From the NCBI GenBank assembly GCA_050633305.1, contig JBOEGF010000013.1, positions 250,588 through 314,587 of the forward strand: 64,000 nucleotides of DNA, given 5' to 3'. The stretch's first letter is position 1, and every line of letters starts with the position of its first letter. Below are positions 61,284 through 64,000 of the stretch, one piece after another. Below the pieces are notes generated by a model. That model saw nothing but the letters and a program-made list of their open reading frames with translations. It did not search any database and was not told the DNA's origin. This DNA comes from Nannocystales bacterium (GTDB taxonomy: Bacteria > Myxococcota_A > Polyangia > Nannocystales > Nannocystaceae). A program made the translations under genes and the position numbers.

Positions 61284-61859
61284 TCAGTTCTCGAAACAGA
61301 TGTCGTCGACGAAGAACTCCTGCCCGCCAATACCGAACATCTCGATCTCTTCCGGAGCGGCGCAGATGATTTCGACCTCGCCAACCTGGAGGCCGACGAA
61401 GTTTGTTTGCGTCACCTCCACGTCGCAACCGCCGACGACGGTCCCATCCACGGTCATCAGGTCGTTGGTGTTTCGGAGGTCGCCGTTGACGCCCAGGTTC
61501 ATGTTGCCGCCGAAGTCCGCGTACTTGTAGCTTGCGGTGTAGGCCGGCGTGTCCGGGATGATTCGGAGATTGATGTTGTTCAGATTGAGTTCGCTCGCGA
61601 CCCCACCGGCAGCGTTGTTGGCGACGATCTCCGCGCTCCCACCCGCAAACCAGGTACCGCTGTCCCACTGAAACCTCTTGAACTCGGCGGTCGCACCCGT
61701 GGGCGTCAGCGAGTCTCCGACCGCGTAGGTCGTGCCAACGGCTGGCCCCGAGAGGTCGTAGCAGTACGTGGCCGCCGCTGCGGTTCCCGCACCGAGCAGG
61801 ACGGCTGTAGCAGCAGCGGCAGCGAAAGAGCGGCGGAGGAGTAGAGTCTTGCTGTTCAC
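61284..61859 (-). CDS. Secreted hypothetical beta-rich protein
   Basis: GAGG RBS, Ala-rich signal peptide, coding-like codon use, ends IGGQEFFVDDICFEN. Confidence 0.8.
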   Translation of the reverse strand: MNSKTLLLRRSFAAAAATAVLLGAGTAAAATYCYDLSGPAVGTTYAVGDSLTPTGATAEFKRFQWDSGTWFAGGSAEIVANNAAGGVASELNLNNINLRIIPDTPAYTASYKYADFGGNMNLGVNGDLRNTNDLMTVDGTVVGGCDVEVTQTNFVGLQVGEVEIICAAPEEIEMFGIGGQEFFVDDICFEN

Positions 61860-62074
61860 GGGCCCTCATAGGCGGCGACCCGCGGCGCGATGACACGGAA
61901 AGAGGTCGGATTCGTCGCGGCCGACTCGTCGCCGGCAGGGCTGACTTCGTCCTCGCAGGACAGATAGGCCCAGGCGCCCGACCCTCTTCGAAGCCCCAGG
62001 CGGTCGATCCCATCCTCACTGAGACCTCTGTCAGCACACGACTTCCAGACTGGTCACCGGATACGCTCGTCAGC

Positions 62075-62500
62075 CTACTCGGCATCGCCCGTGGCCGAGC
62101 TCGGCAGCCCTACGCATTCTGCATCCTCCGGACACGGAGCGCCGCGACCCACGAAGCGGGCCCACGCCGCGAACAGCAACCCGCTCGCATCGGTGGTGTC
62201 GGCCTCGAGTGTCCAGTCTCCGGGCCTGTCCCCGACCGCTAGGAACTGATCGGCGGGGTCTTCGGACGTCACTTCTCCCGAGTGTTGGACGACCCTGTTG
62301 CCATCGAGGATTCGCCAGTTTGCGCTGCCCTCACTCAAGCGAAAGGACAGCGCCGCGAGATGCCGTTCGTCGGCCTCGACCGGCGCCTCGAAGCGGACCG
62401 TCGTACTGGCCTCGAGCAGTTCCCGCTCTCGTAAGAACAGCACCTCCACGTGTCCAAGGTCAGTTCCGGAATCACGGCGCTCGCAAGTCGTGCGCTCGAG
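62075..62500 (-). pseudogene. Orphan C-terminal fragment of an unknown protein
   Basis: Protein-like reading GTDLGHVEVLFLRE...GDWTLEAD...PCPEDAEC without a credible start. Abuts the truncated serine hydrolase. Confidence 0.4.
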
Positions 62501-62867
62501 TCTTCGGCCGCCGCACTGGCCACATCGAGCCGATACCGATCGGTGTATCGAGGGCGTTGGGGACGCCGTCCGCTCTGGACGCCAATCCGGCCGCGGCATG
62601 CAGGACGATCTGTCCCTCATGACGGACCAGGGCGACCCCCGAGAACCCATCGGCCACCGCTTCCTCGAAGACTTCGTCGACGGTTGCGGGAGGAGAGTCC
62701 GTCGTGCCGATTCCCGTGTCCACGGAGGTTGTCGCGGCGGTGCTGGAGGTGGAGCTCTCTGTCGTTGATTCGCTGGTGCTGGCGGCGAAGCCGTCGGTCT
62801 CCGTGTCTGTCTGCACAGCCGGGGAGGAACAGGCCACGACTAGAAGCGCAGCCCAGGGGGCGGCCAT
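62472..62867 (-). pseudogene. Truncated beta-lactamase-family serine hydrolase lipoprotein
   Basis: Lipobox VVAC; GFSGVALVRHEGQIV...GLASRADGVPNALDTPIGIGSM, breaking off at the SxxK position (no Lys). Confidence 0.72.
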
Positions 62868-63156
62868 CGTGGCGGCCCAGGTACGCCGACCTCGGCATTC
62901 ATCTCGAATCTCACGCACGGTTGTGTCAGGCGGTTGGTTCATCGCATCACTCCATCGGACGCCATCGCTCCGCGCCCACGACGGCCGAAGTGCCGACGGT
63001 GCGCGCTGGAGTTCAACGAGGCGGTCCCGATTGGGTAGACACGCGAATGCTCAGAAAGGGCTCAGCAACCCCTCCTGAGCAGTAAACCCGCCAGAATTTT
63101 GCGTCCATCCCCGCCCGGCCCCGTCTTGAGGGTGAGACCAAGAAAAGGAGGCCAGC

Positions 63157-63378
63157 GTGCCATTCATCTACAAGAACGAAGACACTTCCAAGTCAACCAA
63201 GTCCAACCCATGCTGTGATGCCGATGCGGCGGTCGAATCTGGGCCTTGCTGCGACCCGAAAACCGGCGTCACGACTGTCGACTCGACAAAAGTCTGCTGC
63301 AAACCAGCAGCCGACGTGGCCGACGACCCGTCGGCGGATGCGAACGACGCGAAGCCCGAGGCCGGCGGCTGTTGTTGA
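63157..63378 (+). CDS. Small acidic peptide with four Cys-Cys pairs (metal/metalloid-binding candidate)
   Basis: AAGGAGG RBS before GTG; PCCD twice, VCCK, terminal GGCC. Confidence 0.7.
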   Translation: MPFIYKNEDTSKSTKSNPCCDADAAVESGPCCDPKTGVTTVDSTKVCCKPAADVADDPSADANDAKPEAGGCC

Positions 63379-63379
63379 G

Positions 63380-63480
63380 ATGGAGCGTCGGCACCCGATC
63401 GCGGTCATCGGCGCCGGGCCCGTGGGCCTCGCGGCCCCGGTACATCTAGCGGAGCGTCCGTGGCCCTTTCGTTGCGCACA
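63380..63480 (+). pseudogene. N-terminal fragment of an FAD-dependent oxidoreductase
   Basis: ATG 1 nt after the peptide stop; PIAVIGAGPVGLAAPVHLAER (GxGxxG), then similarity is lost. End approximate. Confidence 0.65.
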
Positions 63481-63559
63481 GCGTGCGGAGTTGGGGGCAT
63501 GTACGGCTGTGACCATGATCCCCACCACCGAACACGAACGATGACGAGGTTTCCTCGGC

Positions 63560-64000
63560 GTTCGTGAACCCGCACAAGCATCGCAAGAGCTCGCAGGACT
63601 CGGGTCGAGCTGCCTTCGCCGACCGCTCCAAGCTCTCGGACACCACCGTCCTCATGCTCGACCGTCCGCCCATCATGCCCGAGTTCTCCGACGTCGAGCT
63701 CCGCGCCAAGATTCGCGAAGCCATCACCGAGAAGAAGGCGGAACACGTCGAGAAGCGCGCCGGAAAGCCGGTCCTCGGCATGAAGGCGGCCCTCAAGATT
63801 CGCCGGCGGACCGGTCCCAAAGACGGCGAAGAACTCTTCGGCCGCCAGCCCAACTTCTCCACCGAGACCCTCCCCCAGCGCGTCACCATGAAGCGGCTTC
63901 GCAAGAGCTTCCCTTCCCGATACGCATACGCGCTCGCCCGATGGAACGCTGGCGAGCGCGATGTCCGTCTTCCCCGCTGGCACCGTTCGGATGCGCCTGC
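63560..64000 (+). mobile_element. Remnant C-terminus of a myxobacterial RAYT/IS200-like tyrosine transposase
   Basis: LMLDRPP...GKPVLGMKA...PNFST...RYAYALARWNAGERDV, then after a frameshift FPAGTVRMRL. This matches the C-terminus I recall for these transposases. No HUH domain upstream; runs off the window end. Confidence 0.6.

Overview
High-GC window whose gene content (MYXO-CTERM proteins, many Cys-rich lipoproteins with Ser/Thr/Gly linkers, a Ser/Thr kinase-TPR protein, a vWA lipoprotein) points to a myxobacterium, probably Nannocystales-like; the taxonomy is inference. It holds about 50 genes and remnants. I recognised no rRNA, tRNA, CRISPR array or PKS/NRPS. The top candidate for an undescribed system is a tightly coupled four-gene minus-strand operon (31630-37658). 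It encodes a homolog of the aetokthonotoxin nitrile synthase AetD (heme-oxygenase-like diiron enzyme), two paralogous FOXRED2-like flavoproteins, and a homolog of the single-component flavin halogenase AetF with an unusual multi-pass membrane insertion. No P450 or tryptophanase of the aet pathway is present in the window. Other notable loci are a lipoprotein CHAT protease + subtilisin-like lipoprotein + ECF sigma + membrane anti-sigma module (48281-54561), an SH3/LysM polymorphic-toxin-like gene with a candidate immunity gene (1043-3230), a coupled pair of large unknown paralogs (42146-46302), and a small vicinal-Cys peptide next to flavoprotein and RAYT-like remnants at the right end. Several truncated or frameshifted gene relics lie between intact genes. 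Family calls come from motif reading and recalled sequences, not database searches. Start codons are my best estimates.
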